In this document: piece after piece, positions 30,091 to 43,079 of the stretch
Numbering within the stretch: position 1 is the stretch's first letter
Layout: each line of letters begins with the position of its first letter
From: Eledone cirrhosa
Taxonomy: Eukaryota
Reading direction: 5' to 3'
NCBI GenBank assembly: GCA_964016885.1
Contig: OZ024742.1
Coordinates: forward strand, 103,230,001-103,294,000
DNA length: 64,000 bases
Made by a program: the position numbers and the translations under genes
Notes under the pieces: model-generated
Databases searched by the model: none
What the model was told of the DNA's origin: nothing
Seen by the model: the letters and a program-made list of their open reading frames with translations, nothing else

Positions 30091-32082
30091 TTTACGTCAA
30101 TAAAGCTATAAAGTTCTAATTTCAACTATTGTCATTGGGTAAGCCTACGATAGAAGAGCGTTTGGGATGGCAAATCTGTAAAAGGTGGATATTTTCAAGT
30201 ATACACCTTACCAACTACATAGGACGTTAAAAATCCTGATTATATTAAGTTCATGAAACAACCATATCCCAGTTTAACTTGGGTCATAGGCATAACATGC
30301 TACTCAGTTCAGGCCCATCACTAGGCTTTAGTGCTCGAGGTATGGCTTCGGAACATTGTGGGTGGTCATTCTAATTCGCAATAATTCTAAGGTGGAATTT
30401 CGGAATAAACTCATCAAGGTAAGTTTTTCTAAATCTGAAAGTACTCTACTGAATAGAAGAGTGGTTGTGCCATCCAATGCCCTCACCTCCATTTTTCGGT
30501 GATGGGTTCAACCCAGTTTAACTCCACTACCTGTTTCTCCGGGAGCCTATGGTACAGTTTACTCTGCAATAAGCATTTGAATAAGATCTTCTCTTTCTTC
30601 CCCACTCACGTTTTTCCTGCAGTTCTTCATATCGGTCTCATTATTCTGGAATAAAATGCAAAGGTCATCGGTACTGACCCTAATCCCTTCATACTTTTTT
30701 TAAATGTAAAACATAAATGACAAAAGTCGCATCTATATTCATCACATCCATACATTCAAAATTTCCTTAACATTAGCTATAGATTGATTAAACCACAAAT
30801 AATTAATGAATGGCCAATTTATTGCTGTATTTATAAATCCTTCAATTATGCTATCAAGCAGCCATTGCATTCTACTGTGACCAATATGTCGCCTAACTGC
30901 AAACAAAATGGGATTTCAAAATAAAATAGAAATATTTCAGTACTACACTTCCTCATATCTCCTCTTCAATTGAAACACAATATGTAATGAAGGCTGTACT
31001 ATAAAACTGTAATGATGGTGAGTGTAATTCTAACATCAACCAAATAAGTTATCTATCAATATAACTATCATTCGAACAAGCCAATAAGAAAGTCTCTACA
31101 GGGTTGTGAGACATACCAGAAATAGCAACAAAATTTCACTCAAATCAGATCCTACCTTGAAATATTATTGAAATTATTCTAACACTACATTATTTCGTTT
31201 TAAAGACATCAAGTGCAATTTGTGGGCGTTGTTATTTCTGGAAGTACTGGTGGCCACCTAGAAACCTACTTGTGTTAATATTGGCCTTTTCCCTATGTGC
31301 AGGGATCGCAGGATAACATTATACAAGGTGTCATTTACTAAGACGGTAGGCTGTGATTTGAGGAAGATTTGGCTGATATTTCTAGCAGGTGGAGAAAACA
31401 CATATAGCTAATCCCCTCCCCACTGATTCATTTTTAAGTATTGGTGTAACGGTGTGTTAGTATTGGCCTGGTATTGCTTTACTTAAAGGACAGTGTGTTA
31501 GAGCAGGCTTGATTGTCTGTTAGTTGTTACAGATCTGACAAACCATCACTGCTTGCATAGTAACAACAAATATTAAACTAATTTTATCCCGTTCTTTTAC
31601 TTTTTACCTTTTAAGTCAACATTCTAGCGCTGGTCTCATAGTTTATTCCAAATATGTACCGATTTAAATAGTCCTTGATCTAAAAATGTTTGTGTTTATC
31701 TATGGCGCGCAATTCACATGACAGTTAAAATATCAGAAAAAAAAAAGACTGAGCAACAAAGGGAACAGAAAAAAAGTAATCAGCCGTTATGTCAAGGTAA
31801 TGGTAATTGTCCTAGAATTCGTGGGGAGGATATGAGAAAGCTATAAAAATGTCTTATTCCTTCTACTTATTTATATACAATGCATACGTTTACAGAGGAG
31901 CAAGGGACGAAGAATTAAAACAATAATACATCTTCATAAGCAAAAAAAAGCCGTAGATATTATTGTATAGCCTGGGGTGTGTGTGATAATAGGATAATAA
32001 GCTACATAGCAAAACTAGCCCATGAGATATGATAAAGACGAACGGGTACACAAAACAACAATAGACATACTTTCTTACATAC

Positions 32083-32216
32083 GTATTATATGCTACAGTT
32101 ATTTGAAGTGGAATAATTGGGATGTTGTAATTCTCATGATTTTCTCCACAACATAATAACGACAAAATTGAAACAGACAGACCGAGCCATAAGTTTCTGA
32201 CTCGCTTAACCGAAGA
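32083..32216 (-). CDS. Candidate exon A (SSVKRVRNLWLGLSVSILSLLCCGENHENYNIPIIPLQITVAYN), signal-peptide-like
   Basis: Donor GTatgt at phase 2; paralogous to 37767-37899 with a frame-preserving 3-nt indel; acceptor position uncertain. Confidence 0.55.
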
Positions 32217-32607
32217 CTTAATAATTGACAGCCGTTCTAGCTTAAATTGTGTATGTATGGACCCGTAACTCCTGATGGATGCGTAGGGATCATTTCTTTA
32301 TGTCTGAACACAACCAATTTCTTCCAGAGAAGGAGAGATAGAAGGAGAGAGAAGTGAGAAGGATACATAGAAGAATCAACCGTAGTACTGGACGGGGGTA
32401 TTTTTTCGATCGACCTCGAAAGGAAGAAATCTGTGAAGAATGAATCTAGAGTGAACCATTACTGTTTGTGCTCGAGAAAAGGTAAAGACACATTTGGAAT
32501 CACTACTTAAAAGCATGATAGAATAGTAAAGAGGTTCACTTTACAATCATTAGGTTCCAAGTTCGATCCCACCGCGTCTAATCTTGGAAAAATGTGATTT
32601 TCCTATG

Positions 32608-32641
<34 letters not shown>

Positions 32642-32643
32642 CA

Positions 32644-32809
32644 AGTGGTTACACAACAGTTAGTTCACCATACCGAGAACAATTGGTTCACCTTAGCGGA
32701 TCCTCAGCTCGTAATGGACATGCGTATAATCATGTCCATTACGAGCTGAGGATCCGCTAAGGTGAACCAATTGTTCTCGGTATGGTGAACTAACTGTTGT
32801 GTAACCACT
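32644..32809. repeat. Perfect 79-bp-arm hairpin next to (TA)n, with a variant hammerhead in each arm
   Basis: Arms 32644-32722 and 32731-32809, loop cgtataat; cgag-CTGAGGA-t-cc gctaa gg-t-GAAc-CAATTG-TT-ctcg at 32742-32779. Confidence 0.9.
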
Positions 32810-33011
32810 GCTACCTAGCTCGTCCCATGGACTGAGTACTCTACCACTACGGATATTACCTTCCAGTGTTCTACCACTATATATATATATATGTATGTAT
32901 GTATGTATATATGTATATATATACATATATAGTGACGACCGACATCTTTGCTTGCTTCAACTGACTAGTGCTTTGATAAAATGACACGACATTTACTAAC
33001 GCAATAAAATG

Positions 33012-33069
<58 letters not shown>

Positions 33070-33104
33070 GTGTGTATATATATATACATAAATAAATTTA
33101 CATA

Positions 33105-33163
<59 letters not shown>

Positions 33164-35150
33164 GCATAAATATATATACATATATATATATGTGTGTGTG
33201 TGTACACACAATCACGCACAAACACATATATATATACAAACACACAATGCATATATATATATGTATGTGTGTACGTGAACAATATTAATAATTATTGTAT
33301 ATCGTATTTGTTTATGATGATATATTAGTCAATTACTGCTGACCAAATGAAAGATCGGTGGGGATAGTTTACAACATCGAATACAAACAAGCGAAGTCTC
33401 CATTTGCATCAAGTGACGGCTGCCTTGATAAAATTAAGCAGCAGTTAATAACTGAAGTAAATGTCAGAAACAACATTTAGAAACCACTCCATATAACACG
33501 AGTTAAAGTAAATTACCCCCAATACAAACATACACACTACATACCCCTGATCTCGGTTAATTTTAACGAAGGCTAATTATTACGGGTGCAGTAAGTGTGT
33601 TGGGTTAATCGTCTCACGTGGAAAACGGTTTCACGTATAAAACGTAGTCTACAATCTCTCTCTGATCCTTGACTTTTTCTCCTTCCCTCATTATATTCCA
33701 ATATGGCGAATTGGCAGAGTCGTTAGAGCGTCGGATAGAATGCTTTGTGGTATTCGTTGCGTCTCTCTGCGCTCTCTGGATTCAAATCCTGCCAAGATCA
33801 ACTTTGATTTTCATCTTTTCGAGGACGATAAAAAATTACCAGTCCAGTACAGGGGTCGATTCTTCCTCTCCATCAAAACATCGGTTGTGTTCCAATCAGG
33901 AGAGTGGATGTGCTCCACCATGTTTAAACTTCCCTACGACTCCATCAAGTTTGAAGACCTTTTTTTCTTATTAATAAACACTCAAGACAGGCTCCCTTTA
34001 TCAAACACTCATCACAAAGTGGTGCAAGAAATGCTAAATAAAAATCAGTTTCTGAGGAATCTAGTGTCTGTCAATGCTGGTAACATTGGATTGGTAAAAT
34101 TATATTTTATAATTTATATCCTGTACATTATTTATATAACTTACTCCACTATGAGTAATTTGTTTTGCCTTTTCACTGTATGTGCTTTAATGTTTTTTCT
34201 GTGGAGAATTTTTGGTGTTTATCAGTACAATTCAGCAAAACATGTTTAACAACTTTTTATCGTTCCTGAAAAGATTTTGTAGATAATCTGATATATCATC
34301 ATTGTATTTCATATTGAAAACGCAATTATTATCAATGTTAACTTTTAATGTTAATTGCGACCTTAATTGTATTCTTATCTACACTAATCAAAACATGTGT
34401 AGAAAGTAAACGTGGTTAATTTGATATATATATATCTTTGGTTAAATTTTCTCTAATGTTATATTATGTTCTGTATTACTTTATCTTTAGTTATCCTTAT
34501 ACTACAACATATTTCATCACTTTGGAGTATTTCGGCTTGTATAATTGCTGATGATTATGATTCATTGAGCTTTTTCACATCTTGATATAGATGTCGTGGT
34601 CATTTCCATCTATAAACCAATTCTTCATATATACTGACTTAAGAGAAATATAAATAAATAAATATATATAAATAAATAAATAAATATAAATAAATAAATA
34701 AATAAATACACAAGCACAATAACAACAAACACATATAAATACACACTAGTAAACCAAGATACAATACAATAACCAAAACACAGCCACCCAAACGCGAACA
34801 CACACACTAAACACTATACACACACGCAAACGCATGCGCAGAGCAGAAGACAAAAATAAATAAATAAACAGATAAAATAAAAATGGCGTAGACATACATT
34901 ACAACAGGAGGAAACATAATAGTACCACTGATGATGTTGCAGATGTGCAACGAAAGAACTTTGTTAGACTATATATATGTATTTATATCTGTATTTTTGA
35001 CCGTTGGTCAGTCAATGATAAACATTGATGACCAAATGAATGAACTATGGAGATATAAAAGATACAGAAGCGAAAACCAACCAAACAGTGAGTGTATTCT
35101 GTTATTATTTCTGGCAATATTATTACAACAAAATGACCCTCCCCAAGTAT

Positions 35151-35225
<75 letters not shown>

Positions 35226-35229
<4 letters not shown>

Positions 35230-35430
35230 TGTATGTAGTATATTTGGAAATATACTGTATGTTTAATTAAAAATATTTTGAAAACCATTCGCTATGAGTT
35301 TTAAAGTAGGGACTTTACCGAGAATAAGTAAGTGACATAGTCACTACTTTAAAACTCATAGCGAATGGTTTTCAAAATATTTTTAATTAAACATACAGTA
35401 TATTGCCAAATATACTATACATACATTCAT
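35226..35430. repeat. Fold-back inverted repeat (arms about 85 bp) abutting (TA)n
   Basis: 35226-35309 is the reverse complement of 35344-35430. Confidence 0.9.
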
Positions 35431-36504
35431 GTATACATCGCTATTTCAGAGCACCAATACTTATATATATATATATAATTTTAATGTGAGAAAATGCACC
35501 CCTACAAACAGGCCACGCTTCGGTTTTGATACTCCTCTCCACTGCACTTGACGTTCTCCCATTAGTAACACCTTTGCGACGGGCCTGCCATGATGACCCT
35601 TATTGGTTTCGAGAGAAATCAGACAAAATAAAACCTAACAATATAATGAGATATTTTAAATTTATTTGTAAATCAGTTCAATTCTTCATTTCTTTATGGT
35701 AAATTCATCGATCACTTTGTTATAAAATGCAACAGCCTAATGCTCTACCTTCATTTTCAGAACCCCTCGTATTCACTTGCTTTAATGAATAAAACGATCT
35801 TTCGCATGAAGAAGTTGTGGCAGGTATGGTCAGAAGGTATGGTCAGCCAAATGTTTTCAGACCAATTACGGAATTCAGATAGTTCTGAGATATTTTGTGT
35901 CTTATCAAAGCTGTAATGAAATTGTTAAAATCACAGTAGCTAGTAATTGTTCATGTTTTCTTATGTTGACAAAATAACAGACATGGGAAACAGAACTATT
36001 TCTTCAGAATGGGATATCCCATCATCCACTCATCCTACTTTAGTTTTGATTTTCAGTTTAAGCTTTAGCTTCTATCTTCCGAGAACGATAATATTCTTTA
36101 TCTTTTCGAGGGTTTTCTAAAACTTGCGCAACCGAAACCCTTAGGGGCGTCCCACTGGACCGCCGACATATATACATACAGGATCATAAAAACATCAACA
36201 TTTCAAGAGAAGTCTGATGGCTTAATACGGTTGGAAAGCATGTAGCGAAAAGGTTGCTTTAGTTTTCTCCTTTTTTATGCTCCTTTCTCAATAGGGAAAA
36301 AGTAACATCAGTACTTTTTCTTACTATGACGGAAAGGGAAGCAGAGACAATTTTGCTTTACTGTCTATAACCTCATATCCACTCATTTGTTTTCTTCTTT
36401 CATACCTCCTGCTCAAAGGGAATAGAAAACGAAAGCAATTTGTTCGCTGCTTTTTATTCTTTTTTCGCTAAGAAAAGAGGAACTTTCTCTACTTAAATAA
36501 TTAG

Positions 36505-36618
36505 GATGTAAGGCAAAGTTAACCTCGGCGGGATTTGAACTCAGAACGTAAAAGGCCATAACTCTATGCTGCAAAGGATAGTGTCCGACACTCTACTGAT
36601 ACTGCCAATCCACCGCCC
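36505..36618 (-). mobile_element. Main-family SINE 5' half
   Basis: Reverse-complement A/B boxes; cttaaataat on both flanks. Confidence 0.8.
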
Positions 36619-37766
36619 TTAAATAATATCGTTGTTTACAATTTATTCTAAGAAATTAAGGAATCGTAAATACAAAAATAGAAAAAAAACAAACAAACGA
36701 AAACAATAACAAAACAATGCATTGCATACATAGACCCTTCGCCCCTAATATATATATATGATGTGTGTGTGTGTGTATACACACATGTGAGGGTGTATGA
36801 GGAGTAGGTGGGTAAGGTCACTTGTGAGTACTACTGATAGCATGTAATCAAGCACACCTTGTTACATGGTCGGATCGTCGGTGACAAAACTGGTGCCCTC
36901 AACACGTTCACCTAGTAAGAAGGGCTGCTAGACAAAAACATCACTGAAACATACAAGTCGAGTATAGTTCGCTCACGTTAGAGAAAACTCACTAATAACT
37001 GAGGAAACGCTGTTATGCTGCAAAATGCTAAATTGAACATTTTAATGATACAGCTCATAAGAATAACGAGCAAATCTACCACAAATATGCTATTGATGTG
37101 CCAATTTCATGACCATCAGAAGATATTTAGTACTTTATCTTCAGCTTGTATTTATCTAGTTACATACAAAAGCATAGGATAAGATAGCTAAAACAGTGTT
37201 TAAAAAGTATTCTAAAAAATGATACAGATGAAACATGCTCTCTATATCATAATACAGTAGTTAACATGCATGTATGTATGTGCCCTTGCTTGCTGATGGG
37301 GTTGTAGATTTTTGGTATTTATACTCGGCGGAGCCTATCTCTCTCCAAGTCTGAGTACAGTTCATTACTTTCAGAAAAAGTGTGAGAGTGAGAGAGGAAA
37401 TGCAAAAGAAAGATAGAGGAAGAATCGGCCTCGTATTGAACTGAAACTTTATTTATCAACCTTGAAAAGATGAAAAGCAAAGTTGAGCTCTACTCTGTGT
37501 AAACTCAGAGCACAGAGAGCCGGAACGAATAGTGCAAAACATTCTCTCCGACATTCTAACGACTCTGACAATTCGTCATCTAAAGTAGTTTGAGAAAATA
37601 TCAAAATAACTACAGTCACTACATGGTTGGATAACAAGGAATTTGATTCGGCAATGTTAGCTGATAAGCTTTAAATGATATTTCCTGAAACTAATCTCGA
37701 TATTATGTCATGGAAAAAACAACAGCAGAGTAAACATAAACAATAGACTTATATCATCATACTTAC

Positions 37767-37899
37767 TCATTATATGCAAGAGTTATTAGAAGTGGAATAA
37801 TTGTGATGTAATTCTTATGATTTTCTCCGGAACATAATAGCGACAAAAGTGAAACTGTTAAGAGGAGAAGAACGTGTCCGACGCTTTTGAGAGAGACAC
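37767..37899 (-). CDS. Candidate exon A' (xVSLKSVGHVLLLLTVSLLSLLCSGENHKNYITIIPLLITLAYN), signal-peptide-like
   Basis: Strong acceptor gttctttttacAG, consensus donor GTaagt; 133 nt, phase 1 to phase 2; the other two frames contain stops; paralog at 32083. Confidence 0.65.
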
Positions 37900-38179
37900 C
37901 TGTAAAAAGAACTACAATATACAATGTACAATATACTGTATAAGATGCCAAGAAATCTCTCCCAAACTTGTATTGAGAGACAGTTTGTAATATAATGAAA
38001 TTCGGTGAGTATTGGAACAGCTACACTGTAGAAAAAAAAAGGTGTATCGATATTTTAGGAAACGTCACTAGAAAAACACGATGGTTCAGCCAACATATCG
38101 GTATATATTGCATTTAAGAAAAAAAAAAAAAGGTAAATGACCTTTAACTCTGGATGGATTTGTAGGGGCGCCGTCTTGA

Positions 38180-38530
38180 TACACTGTCCTAGGCCGATAA
38201 ATGAAATTGGTTGCGACTATAATTTTTTTAGATTGACAAACCAGCAGATATCAAACGGAAAAGCAGTGTTAGGTTGGCAATCAGGAAGAAACTAACTGAT
38301 ATGGATCTGTTGCCATCGAATGTGTGCGATCGAATTATTAAATTCTGTTTGCCGTTGTCTTGCAGTCGTCACGTGATTATCTTTTCTGTTATACAACAAC
38401 TCTTTTATCCAGCGGAAGAATCTTTGTCTTTATTCTATCAGAGTCTCAGAAATACCACTCCTTCTACTCCAACGGCGACATCATTCTATCTGGTTACTTT
38501 AGTGTTAAGGTAGGATGTTTCGGAAATTGG
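38180..38530 (+). mobile_element. Highly decayed LINE apurinic-endonuclease fragment (RTE-like)
   Basis: SVRLAIRKKL...DRIIKFCLPLSCSRHVIIFSV resembles the GVGFAI...ERLM..RLPL....TIISAYAP segment of RTE APE domains. Confidence 0.5.
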
Positions 38531-39254
38531 TAAAATGAACAATAGTTATCTTCACTTGTTGCAATTATGTTCTGAAATGAATCTCATAATAGTTATCCAA
38601 ATACCGGTACCTAACCGACCACTTCCTTTTCATGCCAATTGCTGCCGTGACCACTGGTGTCTTCGGACCCCGAATTGCCGTTTTCCTCCATAAAACTAGG
38701 AGGAATACATTCCTCCATTTTGTCCGATGGGCGCAGCTGAAATATACCGTTTAGACTAGTGTATAGAATTTGCTGTTCCCCTCCCTTCCTCTTACTTTCA
38801 TTATTAGTATTTTTCCATTTTTTATTGAAACATTATATGATTTACTTTAAACTTGTTAACATATTCTTCTGTCAGAAACCGAAGCATGTATTTAGTTGGA
38901 CGCTACCTCGATCAAAATAACCCACCCCTAATATATGAACATGTTATACCTCAAACAGTGAAACGAAATACATAAAAATTCCAAGCAGTTAAAGTTTGGT
39001 AGTGTAGAAGATCCAAATATGATCTCATTTGCTGTCTGTAATCATATTCCACTTTCCACAATCATATGTCAGGAGACGAACACAAGATATTTATGTGAAG
39101 CAGTTCCAGCTTCCCACATCCCCAGTCAGTTTACCTGTGCGCATGCGTTTAGAAAACAAAGCCGATGCCTGCTCAGAAAGATAAATCATTCTATTGATAC
39201 TAAGACATATATAGTTCATGTATGTATTTGTGTAGACAATAATAATTATTATTT

Positions 39255-39572
39255 CTAACATAGACACAAGGCCAGCTATTTGGAAGAAGCGGGAAAGTTG
39301 ATTACATCGACCCAGTACTTAACTGGTACTTTATTTTATCGACCCCGAAAGGATGAAAGGCAAAGTTGAGCTCGGCGAGATTTGAATTCAGAACGTATTG
39401 AGCAAGAATAATGTCGCAAAGCATTTTGTCCGATGCTCTAAACATTCTGTCAGGAATTTTGAGGGGAGAGGAAATTCGATTTTATCGACCCCAGTACTTG
39501 ACTAGTATTTTATTTTATTGACTCCGGGAGGATGAAAGGCAAAGTTGACTTTCCCGTGATTCGAACTCAGAA
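39255..39572 (-). mobile_element. Two adjacent main-family SINE copies
   Basis: Reverse-complement core repeated twice. Confidence 0.8.
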
Positions 39573-39832
39573 CCCATGAATAAAAATATTTATAGAATAT
39601 CGTATTTGTTTATGATATATTAGTCAATTACTGCTGACCAAATGGGAAGCTGTGCAGGTGGCAGGGATAGTCTAAAACATCGAATACAAATAATTCCATG
39701 TGCCTCGAGTGAAGGGTGTCTTCATATAATTAAGCGGTAGTTAGTAATTCTGCCAAATGTCATAAACAACATTTTAAAAACACTTCATGTAACATGAGTT
39801 AATCTAACAACTTCTCAAAACATACACACGCG

Positions 39833-39928
<96 letters not shown>

Positions 39929-42074
39929 GACAGACGCGCATAGACACACCACACACACCTCTGATCTCGGTTACTTTTTACGAAGGTCAATTATTGCGGG
40001 TGTAGTGTTGTCGAGTTAATCGCCTCACGTGAAAACGTTTTCACGGATTTAAATGAATATATAATGTTCCTCTGAGACTTTTCTTTTTCCCCTTCCTTCA
40101 TTACACTCCAGCTACAGCCCAGCCTTCGTTCTTCAAAAGATTTTCATCAACCAATCATTTCATGTAACATAAGGCTGCTTGATCCTGGTTGCTGCCACAG
40201 GAGACGTGAAGAAACAAGGTTGAACTGACTTATCGTTCTAAATGTTTCTGTTTTAAATAAACACTCTAAACAGGTTATATTTATCAAACATTTATCATAA
40301 ACCAGGGAACAACAAAAGTACAACAAAATTCTGAGCATGTTAGTGGCTGCCGGTTAAATCTTATTTTAGGGTGCAATTATAAGTGTCGAAAGGATGCAAT
40401 TATAAGTGTCGAAAGTAAAATACATTTTATTGATAACGTAATTTGCATATTTAACGTTTTAGTAACTAGAACCTTATTTGCACAATTACTTTCTTAGATT
40501 AGGTTAGTTAATTTGCATAATTGTTCTCTTAAAAGCGGGTAGCTAATTTGTATGTTTTGCCTTCTTGTAAGAGTTACCTCATTTGTACAACTATCTTAGT
40601 TGCTGTGATTTCGTTTGCATGATTACTCTCGAATCTCGAATAACCCCCCACCACCCTTGCCTATTAAATTTTGCTAATCAATCTCCGGCAAAATTTTATT
40701 TTAAGTGGTAGCATTCCTGCGACAATTGATTTTCTTTAGACATTAAAAAACATTATACATGACAAAAAAGTACATTACTAGAAATCCCATGCGTTATAAA
40801 ATAAATAGGATGGGTTGGGGGGGTTGGGGAGTCTCAATATGTAAACTAAACAACTAATTCTGGTTTTTAAAAACATTAACGTAGACAAACTAGAAAAATT
40901 ACCCGACCCGAGAGTACTTTCATTTTTCTTTCGTTTTCTTTTTTTATTGCATACATTATATAATTTAATTTAAATTTTCTGAATAAAGATAGGTTTCAAC
41001 CATTATATACCCCTATGATGGTAACGGGAACCATATTTTCATACTCTCTTAGTAAGCGGAACTTATTCCCATATTTACTTTCTTAATTGCGGAGAACTCA
41101 TTTTAATAATTAACTTTTTAGTAGTGGAGAAATAATTTGCACATTTACCCTTTTAAAAGTAATCGGTGACATGACAGTCATTAGATCGTTCTGACTCTCT
41201 GTCCCCTGAATTCAAATCCCGCTGAGGGTAATTTTACCTTTCATCCTTTCGAGATCAAAATAAAAAAAGTACCAGTCTTGTATTAGGGATGATTCTTCTT
41301 ATATACCTCTTTCCCCCTCCTTCTCTGGAAGAATTAGACTTTATTCAGGCCTGGCGAGGGATCTGACTCCACCAGGTTTAAAATGCCCAAGACATGCGTT
41401 ATATCACTACAGCGCTCCTACTAGTCCAACTGGAGTTACAGGTCCATAATGCATAAATGAAAAATACATTGATTCAGGGTTTAGTTCTGTCTTCTACACT
41501 AATCTTTCTGGATATTAATGAATTTCTCACTCTCATTTCTTGGAGCATACATTATATGAGCGGAATCGAGGTTATGGTTAGCGGCAGTGACGGCTTTTGT
41601 CGAAAATTGATTCAATTCTCCTTCGTTTGTGTCTCAATGAGTGTTGATATTCTGTCTAATTTTGTTGTTATTGTGTTGTGACAATGTGTATAAAATACAC
41701 ACCTTTACAAATCTATGAAAATATATTTACCGAGATTTGTTCAGGGTTTATCAATGATTGTTTAGACATATGCAAGTACAAAGTTGGTTATATAGAAAAG
41801 TAAAGTACAACTTGGTCTCGATGGACTACCAATGGTCTATCTATACCAAAGTTTTGTAGTCAAGAGCATGTTTTATGATCTACTATGTTGTATAATGTTA
41901 TTAAAATCATCTTTATATTTGGAATTTCATGAATGTTTTCCTCACTGTGTCCCTGTTTCTTGAAATTTTGGTCGTAGATTACAAGAAATTTCCATTCCAT
42001 TAATTTAATTAATTAATTTAGTTAGTGTATGAAGGTTGTATCCTTGGTAGACACTCTTCAGTGGTGATATAGAT

Positions 42075-42410
42075 ATGGAATGGGCATCCATCGGTTTCGA
42101 CGATGAAGCTTCCAGCTGTGGGATCAACGGAGCAGCCTGTTCGTGGAATTACGTGCACGTGACTGAGCATCACAGACACGCGTACCCTTAAAATAATTCT
42201 CAGTGTGTAACAAAGCTGGCAATTTGAACTACTAGTACATCCCATCAAGGCAGGCTTCCGAACAGTTTCTGTCATCCCATTTTCCCCCCCACAAGGCACG
42301 AGTCGACCAGAGGCTATGATAAATGACACTTGTTTAAGATGCCCCGCAGTGGAATCGAATCTAGGACCTAATGATTGCGAAGTGAATTTCTTAATCATTC
42401 GGCCATGCTG
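42075..42410 (-). mobile_element. tRNA-derived SINE-like repeat (third family; related copy about 9880-10200)
   Basis: Shared 'gatcaacgga.cag..tg.tc.tg.aat' and 'gcttcc..acagtttctgt...ccca.ttt'; B-box-like GATTCGATTCC on the minus strand. Confidence 0.6.
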
Positions 42411-42771
42411 CATCCACTATAGAAATATGTATCCTGAATATATCTGCTGAATGTATCCTGTTCAACTTAACGATACGTCCTTGATAATAAATGGTAATAT
42501 AACATTCCTAAATTTTAGCAGTTATTTCGCTAGTTACATTTGAATTGCCATTTTTTAGAGGCTTAAACTTTTAATAAATCCTTAATATTGATTTTTAAAC
42601 AAGCACAATGTTAATAATTTTGGGGGAAAGGCAAAGTTGATTATATATTGATCCCAATACTTGACTGGTACTTTAGTTTATCGAATCCGGAAGGACGAAA
42701 GGCAAAGCTAACCTCGGCGGGAATGCTGACACACACGCACACACACATACGCACACTCTCTCTCTCTCGCT

Positions 42772-42805
<34 letters not shown>

Positions 42806-42947
42806 ATAAGGGATTAAGTTTTCATTAGTTCAATATGTTAGTTTGCCACTATAATCAAAATACAACAAAATTAGTCGAGAAACGGATCTGTGGTCATGTT
42901 TACAGTTAGTTAACAATACATCATTCAATCATTGCTCCCAGAATTTG

Positions 42948-43029
<82 letters not shown>

Positions 43030-43041
43030 GTGTGTGTGTGT

Positions 43042-43079
<38 letters not shown>

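Noticed and set aside
30130-30700. Coding-looking minus-strand stretch
   Set aside because: Multiple stops and no motif I can name; possibly a decayed TE ORF.
35761-35823. Plus-strand exon-like segment (ttttcAG...cag|GTatgg)
   Set aside because: No partner exons or recognisable peptide.
36995-37019. 25-nt minus-strand micro-exon (ITAFPQLL) phase-compatible with exon A'
   Set aside because: Too short to support; similarity to exon B is limited to PQL.
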